A program made the position numbers and the translations under genes. This document shows, piece by piece, positions 19,470-32,950 of a stretch of 64,000 nucleotides of DNA. The stretch's first letter is position 1; each line of letters begins with the position of its first letter. The notes beneath the pieces are model-generated. The model worked only from the letters and a program-made list of their open reading frames with translations, did no database searches and was not told the origin of the DNA. Source of the stretch: Gammaproteobacteria bacterium (GTDB taxonomy: Bacteria; Pseudomonadota; Gammaproteobacteria; Eutrophobiales; Eutrophobiaceae); the NCBI GenBank assembly GCA_965250225.1, contig CBDFNQ010000037.1, forward strand, positions 72,862 to 136,861, in the 5' to 3' direction.

Positions 19470-21065
19470 CTAAGAATGCGCTGTAGCATCCGTTACAACG
19501 GGCGGTGTTGTAAAACTATGGTACGGTGGTGGTGACGGCAAAGTCCATTCCAGACCATGGGCGCCCTCCCAAACTTGATCGGTTGACTTCTCGCCATCTC
19601 CTCGAACACACTTAATGACGACCCAAACCAGGAGTAACTGACTCAAGCCGAAGACGAAGCCGCCGATACTGGCGACCTGATTCCAGTCGGTAAACTGAAT
19701 GTTGTAATCCGGCACACGCCGCTGCATTCCGGCAAGGCCGAGGAAATGCATCGGGAAGAACAGGACATTAACGGAAATAGTGGATAGCCAGAAATGCCAT
19801 TTACCCAGCGTTTCGTCATACATATGGCCGGTCCATTTCGGCAACCAATAATAAACCCCGCCTATGACACCGTATATGATGCCCGGCACGATCACATAGT
19901 GAAAGTGGGCAACAATGAAATAGGTATCATGGTACTGGAAGTCGATCGGGGTAATGCCCATCATCAGGCCGGTGAATCCGCCGATTGAAAACATAAACAG
20001 AACACCTATAGCAAATAACATCGGTGTTTCAAAGGTCATAGAGCCCTTCCACATGGTTGCTGTCCAGTTAAAGATCTTCACACCCGTCGGCACCGCAATG
20101 GCCATGGTCGCGAACATAAAATATATCTCGCCGGATAATGGTAAGCCTACGGTGAACATGTGGTGAGCCCAGACAAAAAATGACAGGAAGGCAATCGCCG
20201 CTGTCGCATAAACCATAGACTCATATCCAAACAGCGGCTTGCGAGCAAAGGTCGGGATAATCTGCGAAATTACACCGAACGACGGTAGAACCAGGATATA
20301 CACTTCAGGATGACCGAAGAACCAGAACACGTGCTGGAACAAAAGCGGGTCACCGCCGCCAGCGGCATTAAAAAAGGCCGTGCCAAAATATTTATCAGTC
20401 AGAAGCATGGTTACTGCGCCAGCAAAAACGGGCATGGCCGCAATCAACAGAAATGCGGTAATGATCCATGTCCAGACAAACAGCGGCAACTTCATGAAGG
20501 TCATTCCCGGGGCACGCATATTAAATACTGTGGTGATAATATTAATCGCCCCCATAATGGAGGAGATGCCTAAAAAGTGGACGGTAAAGATCAAAAATGG
20601 AAATGCGTCCCCAGTCTGAAATATCAGGGGAGGATACATGGTCCAACCGCCCGCTGGCGCTCCACCCGCCATGAAAAAGGTTGATACGAGCATTGCGGCG
20701 GCAAACGGCAGGATCCAGAAACTCATATTATTCATGCGCGGCAGGGCCATATCAGGTGCGCCAATCATCATGGGGATCATCCAGTTTGCCAGACCAACGC
20801 CTGCCGGCATCAGAGCACCAAAGATCATCACCAGGGCATGAATCGTGGTCATGGAATTAAAAAACTGTGGGTCTACGTATTGCATGCCGGGCTGGAACAA
20901 TTCAGCGCGGATTACCATGGCCATTGCACCGCCTACAAAAAACATAATCAAGGCAAACACCAGATACATGGTGCCGATGTCTTTGTGATTGGTAGAGAAC
21001 AACCAACGGCCTATGCCGGTTGGTTTGTGGTCATGATGATCGTCGTGGGCGACTGCTTCACTCAT
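19470..21065 (-). CDS. ctaD: Cytochrome c oxidase subunit I
   Basis: Heme-copper oxidase signatures are present (WFFGHPEVYILVLP, HHMFTVG, VAHFHYV). The protein has 12 or more TM helices. Confidence 0.95.
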   Translation of the reverse strand: MSEAVAHDDHHDHKPTGIGRWLFSTNHKDIGTMYLVFALIMFFVGGAMAMVIRAELFQPGMQYVDPQFFNSMTTIHALVMIFGALMPAGVGLANWMIPMMIGAPDMALPRMNNMSFWILPFAAAMLVSTFFMAGGAPAGGWTMYPPLIFQTGDAFPFLIFTVHFLGISSIMGAINIITTVFNMRAPGMTFMKLPLFVWTWIITAFLLIAAMPVFAGAVTMLLTDKYFGTAFFNAAGGGDPLLFQHVFWFFGHPEVYILVLPSFGVISQIIPTFARKPLFGYESMVYATAAIAFLSFFVWAHHMFTVGLPLSGEIYFMFATMAIAVPTGVKIFNWTATMWKGSMTFETPMLFAIGVLFMFSIGGFTGLMMGITPIDFQYHDTYFIVAHFHYVIVPGIIYGVIGGVYYWLPKWTGHMYDETLGKWHFWLSTISVNVLFFPMHFLGLAGMQRRVPDYNIQFTDWNQVASIGGFVFGLSQLLLVWVVIKCVRGDGEKSTDQVWEGAHGLEWTLPSPPPYHSFTTPPVVTDATAHS

Positions 21066-21109
21066 TTGTCTATCCTCATCCTAATAATTTTCTAGTTTTA
21101 ACAATTTGA

Positions 21110-22258
21110 TTAACGGGCTGCTTTAACATCAGCAGGCTGTACAAGATCGCCAGTGTCATTACCCCAGGCATTACGCTCATAGGTGATCACTGCAGCCAAA
21201 TCGGCATCCGAAAGTTGTGTGCCAAAGGGAGACATCGTACCTACGCTACCGGTCTTTCCATTAATGACTACGCTTAGATGTTCTGCAACATCTCCCGTGG
21301 CAACCGGGCTACCCGCCAAAGCTGGAAAGGCTCCCGGAATACCCTGACCATTGGCCTGATGACAAACGGCACACTGTGTGCCATACACCGTTTCACCTTT
21401 CGCCATTAACTCATCCAGGGCAAATGTTTTGTTGCTGTCATCCGCTGCTGCTGCTGCTGCAAGCTTTTGTTCGTCTGCCCAAACTGCGTATTCTTCTGGC
21501 GAAACCGCTTCGACAACGATGGGCATAAAGCCATGATCCCTGCCGCATAACTCTGCACAAACACCACGATATACGCCGGCCTCTTCTATATAGGCCCAGT
21601 TATCATTAATAAAACCGGGGATTGCATCTCTTTTCCAGCCCAGATCGGGAACCCACCAAGAGTGAATCACATCGGCGGCGGTGGTCAAAATACGAATTTT
21701 TGTCTCGATGGGAACAACAACACGTCTGTCTACATCGAGCAAATAGTGTTCATGTTCATTAGGATCCAAACCAGAATCAAGCTGGCGTATTTCGTTGCTC
21801 TTGCTGTCCAGCACACTGAAGAACCCGAAATCATCTTCAATGTATTGATAATGCCATTTCCACTGATAGCCCGTAACCTTAATGGTTAGATCGGCATCGC
21901 CGGTTGCCTCCATTTTTATTAACAACTTGGTTGCTGGCACGGCCATAGCAACCAGTATTAATATCGGGATGATGGTCCAGGCAATTTCGGCTGTGGTGCT
22001 GTGGTGAAATTGCGCTGCTACGGCACCCTTGGACTTTCTATGGTGGATTATTGACCAGATCATGACACTAAAGACCGCGATACCGATGATAGTGACTATC
22101 CACAGGATCAGCATGTGCAGATCATAGACGGCCCTACTAATAGGTGTGACGCCCTGAGTCAGATTTAATGCATATTCCGCTGCTGCCGGTCCAGACAACA
22201 TTAATAAACCCAGTGCAGCGACCCCGAATAGTGATTTACGAAGCATTTTGACAAACAT
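21110..22258 (-). CDS. ctaC: Cytochrome c oxidase subunit II with fused C-terminal cytochrome c domain
   Basis: The CuA site is VIHSWWVPDLG...CAELCGRDHGFM. The C-terminal heme c motif is CAVCH. Confidence 0.9.
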   Translation of the reverse strand: MFVKMLRKSLFGVAALGLLMLSGPAAAEYALNLTQGVTPISRAVYDLHMLILWIVTIIGIAVFSVMIWSIIHHRKSKGAVAAQFHHSTTAEIAWTIIPILILVAMAVPATKLLIKMEATGDADLTIKVTGYQWKWHYQYIEDDFGFFSVLDSKSNEIRQLDSGLDPNEHEHYLLDVDRRVVVPIETKIRILTTAADVIHSWWVPDLGWKRDAIPGFINDNWAYIEEAGVYRGVCAELCGRDHGFMPIVVEAVSPEEYAVWADEQKLAAAAAADDSNKTFALDELMAKGETVYGTQCAVCHQANGQGIPGAFPALAGSPVATGDVAEHLSVVINGKTGSVGTMSPFGTQLSDADLAAVITYERNAWGNDTGDLVQPADVKAAR

Positions 22259-22299
22259 GTAGCTTTCCTCAGCTATTTTAATTTTTGTTAACCATCAAT

Positions 22300-22792
22300 T
22301 TAAAGGTTGCGATCTGAAGGTGCAATAACTTTATTCAACAATACGGCAAGCCCTTGACGTTCTTGCTCGTTTATAATGCTCCAATCTCAAGTTGCTGGCC
22401 ATGTGAACGAACCAATAAACGTCCGGGATACCAGCTATTCCTCGACCTTTCTATGACGACATTGACCCAAGACCGTTGAAACTCAAAACAGGCCTCAAGC
22501 TTATTATGTCCTTTTTTCTATCATCACCCTCTCATTGGTGATGATCACAACCTCCTGCCAATTTCCACGCCAGGCCGTTATGTAAAAGGCTTAACCTAAA
22601 AGCAACAGCTCTGCGCCTGAAAAAGGTAATATTAAAGGGTTTCCTGCCAGAATAAAGGCTAATGGCAATCCCCAGCGAAAAACCAGCGATGCCTAAATAG
22701 CAAATTACCAGACCCCTCCAGCTCATCGCACGATTTGGTTTTACTATAATGCGTTGGCGCGTCCCCTCTTGATTAACGATGTGGTCTATCAA
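22300..22792 (-). pseudogene. Decayed DUF2244-type integral membrane protein gene (cox-operon-associated)
   Basis: Family-like sequence is spread across all three frames. The pieces are ..IIVKPNRAMSWRGLVICYLGIAGFSLGIAISLY / LAGNPLILPFSGAELLLLG*AFYITAWRGNWQEVVIITNERVMIEKRT* / KLEACFEFQRSWVNVVIERSRNSWYPGRLLVRSHGQQLEIGAL* / NEQERQGLAVLLNKVI. That implies at least three frameshifts and one in-frame TAA. Confidence 0.6.
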
Positions 22793-22927
22793 GAATCGCC
22801 CCTTCTATATTCGCAGTTGCAACATAAAATTCACGCAATGAGCAGCGTGAAAGACTATGCCAACACTACAAATAATATGCAAGCTTTTGTGACAGATTGT
22901 CGCACCCTCTCATTAATATTTTACTCA

Positions 22928-23605
22928 TTAAAGTAAACTACTTAGGTCAAACACCTCTAATAACCCATCATCATCAAACTCTAGTCTGGATAAATTCGCT
23001 ATTAACGGCATTGTTACCTGTCGCGCAATTGTTTCTATTGTTTCGCTACGAGCTAGGTTTTTACCGGTTATGTCATTGGCTATCCAACCCAAGATGTTTA
23101 CCTGGTCGCGCTTAAGTGCCTCGGCAGTCAACAGAGCATGGTTGATACAACCTAACTTTAATCCAACTACCATAATCACAGGGATGTTCAATTCCCTAAC
23201 CAGGTCAACGCTGGATATTTTTTCCGAAAAGGGAGTTCTCCAGCCACCAACACCTTCAACCAACACAATGTCTGATTTGCTGCATGCCTCAACAAAGTTC
23301 TCTTTCACTACAGCTATCTCAAAAGGGTTTTGTTCTTTTTCTGCGGCGATATGTGGAGAGATTGGATCATGGTACGCGTATGGATTGACCTGCTCATAAG
23401 AAAGCTCAACGTTGGCATGTTTTTGTAATAACAGGGCATCATTATTACGCAAACCTTCTGCTGTTTGTTGTGAACCGCTTGCGATAGGTTTCATCGCAGA
23501 AACTTTCAGACCTTGTTTCTTTAACGCTCTTATTAACAACACCGAACAAAAAGTTTTTCCAACTCCTGTGTCGGTTCCCAAAACAAACACGCCCCTGCCC
23601 ATCAC
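22928..23605 (-). CDS. bioD: Dethiobiotin synthetase
   Basis: The P-loop GTDTGVGKT is present. It is the last gene of the bioBFHCD operon. Confidence 0.9.
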   Translation of the reverse strand: MMGRGVFVLGTDTGVGKTFCSVLLIRALKKQGLKVSAMKPIASGSQQTAEGLRNNDALLLQKHANVELSYEQVNPYAYHDPISPHIAAEKEQNPFEIAVVKENFVEACSKSDIVLVEGVGGWRTPFSEKISSVDLVRELNIPVIMVVGLKLGCINHALLTAEALKRDQVNILGWIANDITGKNLARSETIETIARQVTMPLIANLSRLEFDDDGLLEVFDLSSLL

Positions 23606-23609
23606 CTAC

Positions 23610-24464
23610 TCATCTCCTAAATGGAATGTCTGCAAGTGGAACATTGAAATCTTCCGATGTTTTTTTAGCTGCCTTTCTCACCCAGGCATGGCCATATATA
23701 ACTTCGTAACTTGCCGGCAATCGATCATCTCTACGGTATAATTCGTAGGCGGCTTCTAATTTTTTCAACTGACTTTTTGCTGTTAATGTCTTGCGACGTC
23801 TTGTATCTACATTCGAAACCCCAATTGTCTTCAAATCTTTTAATAAAGACAAACAAGTCTCATAGTTTAGTGTCAGTAAATCTCGGCTCAATACAGGATC
23901 AGCAAACCCAGAAAGAATTAATTTATCTCCATGTTCCTGTATATCTCTAAATACATTGACATGAGGAGACTCGTCAAAGCTGTACCAACTCTGCCTAAGC
24001 TCGTTTAACGTTTCCGGGCCCAGGCTTGAAAAGACAAATAAACCGTGGCCCCTTAACACTCTTTTTATTTCGTCGTATAGAGAAGGCTGATCACTGACCC
24101 ACTGAATCGCAAGGTTTGAAAAAACCAGATCCACAGATAAATCAACTAAGGGAATTGCTTGTGCATCCGCGCAGATAAATTTTTGTTTTTTTGAAAAAAT
24201 CTTTTGCCGTTTTTTTGCCTGCGCCAACATTTGTTTTGCGAGATCCAGCTGGATAATATCTGCTTTAGGATATTTTCTTGCGAGACTACTGGCACTCTGC
24301 CCAGTCCCGGAACCCAGATCTAAAATTCTTTTTGGTTCTATGGAAAAATATTCTAACTGTTCGATTAACTGCTCGAGCACTCTTTTTTGCAACAAAGCAT
24401 TTTGTTCATAGTGCTTTGCTGCCCGACCAAAATTTTTAGCTAATCTTTTTTTATCTAACAACAT
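23610..24464 (-). CDS. bioC: Malonyl-ACP O-methyltransferase
   Basis: The SAM-binding motif ILDLGSGTG is present. The gene lies between bioH and bioD. Confidence 0.8.
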   Translation of the reverse strand: MLLDKKRLAKNFGRAAKHYEQNALLQKRVLEQLIEQLEYFSIEPKRILDLGSGTGQSASSLARKYPKADIIQLDLAKQMLAQAKKRQKIFSKKQKFICADAQAIPLVDLSVDLVFSNLAIQWVSDQPSLYDEIKRVLRGHGLFVFSSLGPETLNELRQSWYSFDESPHVNVFRDIQEHGDKLILSGFADPVLSRDLLTLNYETCLSLLKDLKTIGVSNVDTRRRKTLTAKSQLKKLEAAYELYRRDDRLPASYEVIYGHAWVRKAAKKTSEDFNVPLADIPFRR

Positions 24465-25206
24465 TATTCACACGGATGAATTTCATTATTTCTTCAGCCA
24501 CGCTCTTGCCCGAAGAAATAAAGGGCACATGGTCGCCGTTACTTGTCAAACTATAGGAAATTCTATCGTTAACAAAAGGCCTTTCCAGACACAGCCGCTT
24601 ATCGACAAACTGGTCTCCTTCACTAAAACACATCATGATCGGCTGATTTACAAGCTCTAAATCTTTTCTCATGTCTTCATTAATTAACAGGTCCAGGCCA
24701 TTATTTAATGCGGCAGCAGATAAATGATTTTCTGTGCTTAATGATTTAATTTCTGCAAGCGTTTCCTTTTGTCGGTTTGAGCCATGTGTCATTAATGTAA
24801 AAAAACGTCCCAATGTTTTCGTTTTGTTTACTAACAGGTCATTTTTCATCTCAAACAAAAGACCTCTATCAATGCCATATTTCCAGTCTTGTTTTTTTAC
24901 AAAACAGGGGTTGCAATTGATAAGAAACAGAGCGGACACTTTTTCTGGGAACATGCAGGCAAACTTTATGGCACACTGCGCTCCCAGAGACCAGGCGATT
25001 ACAAACCCTTTTTCATCAATTAATTTATTCAACTCATGGCAATACTCTTCTAACGATCTTTTCTGTCCAACATTATTCACCACACCATAACCTGGCATGT
25101 CGATAGGCTTTGTGATCTTTTTAGAAAAAAATTCCCCTACAAAACTACTCCAGATATTTTTATCAACACCCCATCCATGCAAAAAATAAAGAGGTAAATC
25201 CGTCAT
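24451..25206 (-). CDS. bioH: Pimeloyl-ACP methyl ester carboxylesterase (alpha/beta hydrolase)
   Basis: The N-terminal LHGWG oxyanion region and the nucleophile elbow AWSLGA are present. The gene lies between bioF and bioC. Confidence 0.7.
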   Translation of the reverse strand: MTDLPLYFLHGWGVDKNIWSSFVGEFFSKKITKPIDMPGYGVVNNVGQKRSLEEYCHELNKLIDEKGFVIAWSLGAQCAIKFACMFPEKVSALFLINCNPCFVKKQDWKYGIDRGLLFEMKNDLLVNKTKTLGRFFTLMTHGSNRQKETLAEIKSLSTENHLSAAALNNGLDLLINEDMRKDLELVNQPIMMCFSEGDQFVDKRLCLERPFVNDRISYSLTSNGDHVPFISSGKSVAEEIMKFIRVNNVVR

Positions 25207-26354
25207 GCTGCAACATATTTCGTCAGATTATCTATCAAAAAATTAATCTGTTGTTCCGTATGCAAAGCACTTAAGGTAATTCGTATCCTTGCGGTATTTT
25301 TTGGAACAGTTGGCGGCCTGATGGCAACTGCTAGTATTCCCTGTTCAAACAAATTCTCACTTAACCCAACTGCTTTATCATTTTCACCAACAACAATAGT
25401 TTGAATGGCTGTATTTGAATCACCAATCGGCAAACCAACTTCTCTTACACACGAACGAAAATATTTTACGTGTTTAAATAATTTTTCCCGGCGCCAGCCT
25501 TCCTCTTCCATAATTTTTAAAGCTTCAAGCGTCGCTGCGGCGATCGCTGCTGGTGGTGCTGTTGTATAGATTAAACTTCGACTTTTTTGGATCATGGTTT
25601 CGATCAATGCTTCGTCAGCGGCAACAAAAGCTCCATAGGTTCCCAGGGCCTTACCAAATGTCGCAAGATAAATGTCTGGCTGATATCCTTCATTTCCTGT
25701 TTCATCAAAAACACCCCGGCCTTGTTTACCCAGAACACCAAAACCATGTGCATCGTCAATCATCCACAGACTATTATACTTTTCTGCAAGCGTCTGCAGC
25801 GAACAAATATCTGCAATATCTCCATCCATACTAAAAACAGAATCCGAGACAATCATTTTTTTATGATCTTTGCAGTTAGCTATCATTGCGGTTAATGAGC
25901 TTACCAGAACATGTTGATAACGCTTTATTCTGGCACCACTTAAACGGGCGGCATCAATAATTGATGCATGACACAAGCGATCTAGAAACAGCGTGCTATT
26001 TTGATCAAGCAGGGCCTGTTGAACGCCCAGGTTCGCTAAATAACCGCAACCAAATAATAAAACTCTTTCGCGACCGCAGAATTTTGCCAAAGCTTCTTCC
26101 AGTTCCTGGTGTGGTCTTTGATAACCACAAACCAATTGTGACGCGCCTGCACCAATACCATATATGTTGGCGGCTTTTTTAAACGCCTTTATTATTCGTG
26201 CGTCATTGGCAAGACCAAGATAGTCATTGCTGGAAAAATTAATAAGAGTTTGGTTGTTTGTTTTAACACAAACGCCTTGTGCAGAGTCAATAACCTTTCT
26301 GTTCCGATATAAACCTTGTGTTTTCTGTTTGTTTAATTCTGCATAAAGATCCAT
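25203..26354 (-). CDS. bioF: 8-amino-7-oxononanoate synthase
   Basis: It is a PLP-dependent class II aminotransferase fold (DDAHGFGVLG, ATFGKALG lysine). It sits in the bio operon. Confidence 0.9.
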   Translation of the reverse strand: MDLYAELNKQKTQGLYRNRKVIDSAQGVCVKTNNQTLINFSSNDYLGLANDARIIKAFKKAANIYGIGAGASQLVCGYQRPHQELEEALAKFCGRERVLLFGCGYLANLGVQQALLDQNSTLFLDRLCHASIIDAARLSGARIKRYQHVLVSSLTAMIANCKDHKKMIVSDSVFSMDGDIADICSLQTLAEKYNSLWMIDDAHGFGVLGKQGRGVFDETGNEGYQPDIYLATFGKALGTYGAFVAADEALIETMIQKSRSLIYTTAPPAAIAAATLEALKIMEEEGWRREKLFKHVKYFRSCVREVGLPIGDSNTAIQTIVVGENDKAVGLSENLFEQGILAVAIRPPTVPKNTARIRITLSALHTEQQINFLIDNLTKYVAA

Positions 26355-26378
26355 TGGACAAACGACTATAATGAAGCA

Positions 26379-27356
26379 TTATTCCGCTGTGATAATCCCG
26401 AGGCGATCGAACAATAATCGATCCTGATCTAACTGTGGATTTTCTGTGGTAAGTAATTTTTCACCATAAAATATTGAATTCGCGCCAGCAAAAAAGCACA
26501 GCGCTTGTTGCTCATCATTCATTTCACTTCTGCCCGCAGACAGGCGAACATACGATTTTGGCATCAAAATTCTAGCCGTTGCGATCATTCTGACCATCTC
26601 AAATGGATCCAGATCGCTTTCATTCTCCAGGGGTGTGCCCTCGACCTTAACCAGCTGGTTTATCGGCACGCTCTCAGGGTGTTTGGTCATATTGGCCAGT
26701 GTCATTAACAAGCCGAGCCGATTCTCCTCAGTCTCGCCCATGCCAATAATGCCACCACAACACACACTCATGCCTGATGCTCTAACCTGCTCCAGCGTTC
26801 GTAGCCTGTCATCATATTCTCGGGTGCTTATGATCTTCTCATAATATTCCCGCGAAGAGTCCAGATTGTGATTGTAATAATCCAGCCCTGCTGTCTGCAG
26901 GCGTTGAGTCTGGTCTTCATTTAGCATCCCCATTGTTAAACAGGTTTCCATGCCCAGATCCTTTACTGCATCAACCATTTCCAATACCTTAACAAAGTCT
27001 TTTTCTTTCGGGCTTCGCCATGCTGCGCCCATACAAAAGCGAGTCGCCCCATTATCTCTGGCCTGTTGCGCTTTTTGTTTCACCATTTCAATGTCGAGCA
27101 AAGGCTCAGCTTTAACCTCTGTATTGAAACGTGTGCTTTGCGGACAATAGGCACAATCTTCAGGACAGCCGCCGGTTTTGATATTTAACAGTGTGCTCAG
27201 CTGCACTTTATTCGGATCAAAATATTCTCTATGGACAGAATGCGCCCGAAACAAAAGATCATTTAATGGTTGCTGATAGATTTTTTCAATCTCAAGTAGC
27301 GACCAGTCATGACACAATATTTTGGTGTTCTCAGGGCTTATTTTTTCGTCTAACAT
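26379..27356 (-). CDS. bioB: Biotin synthase (radical SAM)
   Basis: The motif is [17 protein letters not shown] chose the start at MLDEK (27356) by comparison with the N-terminal length of known BioB proteins. The maximal ORF extends to 27428. Confidence 0.9.
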   Translation of the reverse strand: MLDEKISPENTKILCHDWSLLEIEKIYQQPLNDLLFRAHSVHREYFDPNKVQLSTLLNIKTGGCPEDCAYCPQSTRFNTEVKAEPLLDIEMVKQKAQQARDNGATRFCMGAAWRSPKEKDFVKVLEMVDAVKDLGMETCLTMGMLNEDQTQRLQTAGLDYYNHNLDSSREYYEKIISTREYDDRLRTLEQVRASGMSVCCGGIIGMGETEENRLGLLMTLANMTKHPESVPINQLVKVEGTPLENESDLDPFEMVRMIATARILMPKSYVRLSAGRSEMNDEQQALCFFAGANSIFYGEKLLTTENPQLDQDRLLFDRLGIITAE

Positions 27357-27405
27357 GTGCTTAGATATTGGTTTAGTCAATTCAAATGGACAGGACAGAA
27401 TTCTC

Positions 27406-30560
<3,155 letters not shown>

Positions 30561-30575
30561 TTATTGTTTTCGCTA

Positions 30576-31649
30576 TCATATCATTTTTTTCACTACACCA
30601 CGTTCCACGTGAAACCGTGTTTCTGTATGCTGCTCGAAGATATCGGGCTCCGTTGTTGTAATAAAACTTTGTATTTCTGTCGCGTCTAATTTCGCCGCCA
30701 CCTTTTCTCTCGATTCGCTATCCAGCTCGGCCGCAACATCATCAATTAACAAAACCGGGCTGTTCTTTGTTGCCTCCTCTATCGTCTTTAATTCTGCAAA
30801 AATTAGGGCAGTAAGATAAAGTTTTGATTGTCCGCGTGACAATATTTTCGACGCCTGTTCACCCTCAAAAAGAAACTGAAGGTCTGCGCGATGCGGCCCC
30901 ACACTGGTATGCCCCCGATCACGGTCTTTCTCTCTGTTTTTTTTCAGCCTGCATGCGTATGACTCTTCCTGTTCCCACCCCGACTGATAGTTGACTTCTG
31001 CTTCAGTACTCAACAATCCCTTTATTTCTGTTTGAAAACAAGCATTAATTGTTTCTGTTGCTCTTTCACACAAGGCAAAAAGAGCCTCGCCATAACTGCC
31101 CATTTGCGCCTCCCAGGCCGCCAATTCCGTCGGTTTTCCCCCTTCCCTGAGCAACTTGTTTCGGCTTCGTAACGCAGAATGGAAGCCTTTCCAGGTTGTC
31201 AAATAGGCCGGTTCCACGTGAAACATGAGCCAGTCCAACCACCTTCTCCTCAGTCTTGGCATCCCAGTAAGCAAACTATGCGAATCTGTGCTCTGTACTA
31301 ACACCGGTACGTTTTTGGCCTGATCTGATGTCTTTATTACTCTTTTTTGTCGAAACCTTATTCTGGTTTCCTGACCCTCTCTTTCCAGGCCAAACTGTGA
31401 AGGCTCGCCGTTTTTTGACACGGCTTTTGCGGTGACAAGTAGCTTGTTTTTATTGTTTTGGATCAATTCCCGAATTTTGGGTGTTCGAAAGGATCGTGCG
31501 CGAGACAACAGATAGATTGCTTCAAGTATGCTCGTTTTTCCGCTGCCGTTTTTTCCATAGAGCAGGTTTATCCCTGCTCCTGGTTCCAGTCTGGCAGATT
31601 CAACAATCCGTATGTTTTCAAGATCGATCTGATCAAGACGCATAATCAA
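30576..31649 (-). CDS. recF: DNA replication/repair protein RecF
   Basis: The Walker A motif GKNGSGKTSILEA and the signature LLIDDVAAELD are present. The gene lies between dnaN and gyrB. Confidence 0.9.
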   Translation of the reverse strand: MIMRLDQIDLENIRIVESARLEPGAGINLLYGKNGSGKTSILEAIYLLSRARSFRTPKIRELIQNNKNKLLVTAKAVSKNGEPSQFGLEREGQETRIRFRQKRVIKTSDQAKNVPVLVQSTDSHSLLTGMPRLRRRWLDWLMFHVEPAYLTTWKGFHSALRSRNKLLREGGKPTELAAWEAQMGSYGEALFALCERATETINACFQTEIKGLLSTEAEVNYQSGWEQEESYACRLKKNREKDRDRGHTSVGPHRADLQFLFEGEQASKILSRGQSKLYLTALIFAELKTIEEATKNSPVLLIDDVAAELDSESREKVAAKLDATEIQSFITTTEPDIFEQHTETRFHVERGVVKKMI

Positions 31650-31655
31650 CAGCGT

Positions 31656-32756
31656 CTATAGTCGCATGGGCATTACCACGTATTTACAACTGGACTCGTC
31701 TGTAGGCAGGATCAAGCAACTGCTATTGGCATCAAAGATAAGGATTTTTACCTTCTCTGTTTTTATCGCGCTGATAGCGTCCAACAGATACGACACATTA
31801 AACCCTATCTCAACAACAGGGCCTGAATATTGCGCATCAATTTCTTCTTCTGCCTCTTCCTGTTCTGGGTTTTGTGCCTCTGCTTTTAAGCTGTTCTCCT
31901 GCACAGTTATCCTTACGCCACGGTATTTTTCATTCGATAGAATTGAGGCTCTGTTCAAACTTTGTCGTAACACCTCTCTGTCTGCAACCAGTGAAGAGCT
32001 ATCGTGTTCTGGTATCACTCTTTGGTAATCAGGAAATTTTCCATCAATTAACTTGCTGGTCAATGTTACCGAACCAACCGAAAAACGAACGTGATTCTCT
32101 GTCAGTTGAACCAACATTTCATCGTCCGTGTTCTGTATGATCTTGGACAATTCCATCACTCCTTTCCTAGGTAAAATAAGTTGCGTTGGTTCGGTCAAAT
32201 TCAAATCTACGGTGACATCTTTTAATGCCAAACGATGCCCGTCCGTTGCCACAGCCCTTAATTTGTTCTCTTTGGTTTCAAGCAACAATCCGTTTAGATA
32301 GTAACGAACATCCTGGTGTGCCATCGCAAACTGTGTGTCCTCAAGCAATGACTTGAAGACGCCCTGACTTATCTTGAACTCGGCCTTAATCTTTTGTAAG
32401 TCGGTTTCAGGATATTCTTCTGCAGGGTGTGTGATTAAAGTAAAACGGCTTTTACCTGTCTTAAGAACAAGCTTCTCCGCTTTGCTTTCAAAGTCCAACT
32501 CTGCTCCTTCAGGCAAAGATCGACAAATATCCAACAGTTTTTTTGCTGGCATTGTCATTTGTCCAGGCTTTTCCATTTTTTTTGTCGTATGACAGACCAT
32601 CTCGACTTCCATGTCTGTCGCCGTTAGTGAAAAACCGTCTGCTGAAGTTTTAATCAATACATTGGATAAAATTGGCAGGTTTTGTCTTCTGTCGACAACG
32701 GAGCTCGCCGTTTGTAAGGCAGGGAGAATGTCTTCCCTTAATATTAAAAATTTCAT
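31656..32756 (-). CDS. dnaN: DNA polymerase III beta sliding clamp
   Basis: It is 366 aa with a typical N-terminus (MKFLILREDILPALQ) and C-terminus (YVVMPMRL). It lies directly downstream of dnaA. Confidence 0.95.
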   Translation of the reverse strand: MKFLILREDILPALQTASSVVDRRQNLPILSNVLIKTSADGFSLTATDMEVEMVCHTTKKMEKPGQMTMPAKKLLDICRSLPEGAELDFESKAEKLVLKTGKSRFTLITHPAEEYPETDLQKIKAEFKISQGVFKSLLEDTQFAMAHQDVRYYLNGLLLETKENKLRAVATDGHRLALKDVTVDLNLTEPTQLILPRKGVMELSKIIQNTDDEMLVQLTENHVRFSVGSVTLTSKLIDGKFPDYQRVIPEHDSSSLVADREVLRQSLNRASILSNEKYRGVRITVQENSLKAEAQNPEQEEAEEEIDAQYSGPVVEIGFNVSYLLDAISAIKTEKVKILIFDANSSCLILPTDESSCKYVVMPMRL

Positions 32757-32795
32757 ATATATAACCTGTAGTTATTATAGTTATCTATAGACGTA

Positions 32796-32804
32796 TGTGG
32801 ATAA
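32796..32804. promoter_or_regulatory. Perfect DnaA box (TGTGGATAA = TTATCCACA) in the dnaA-dnaN spacer
   Basis: I read it directly at 32796-32804. The surrounding sequence is AT-rich (tatatataacctgtagttattatagttatctatag). Confidence 0.6.
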
Positions 32805-32930
32805 CTTGTTTATGTTTAATGTAATCAATCTGTTAAGGGGCTAATCTTGTCGGAAAAAGCTTGTTCCCTTCTTGTATAAAACCTGTAAAGAAAGGTCTGG
32901 AAAAAATGCAACAAACAGGCTTTCTTACAT

Positions 32931-32939
32931 TTATACACA
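32931..32939. promoter_or_regulatory. DnaA box matching the relaxed consensus TTATNCACA (TTATACACA)
   Basis: I read it directly at 32931-32939, just downstream of the dnaA stop codon. Confidence 0.45.
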
Positions 32940-32950
32940 GAAAACACACA

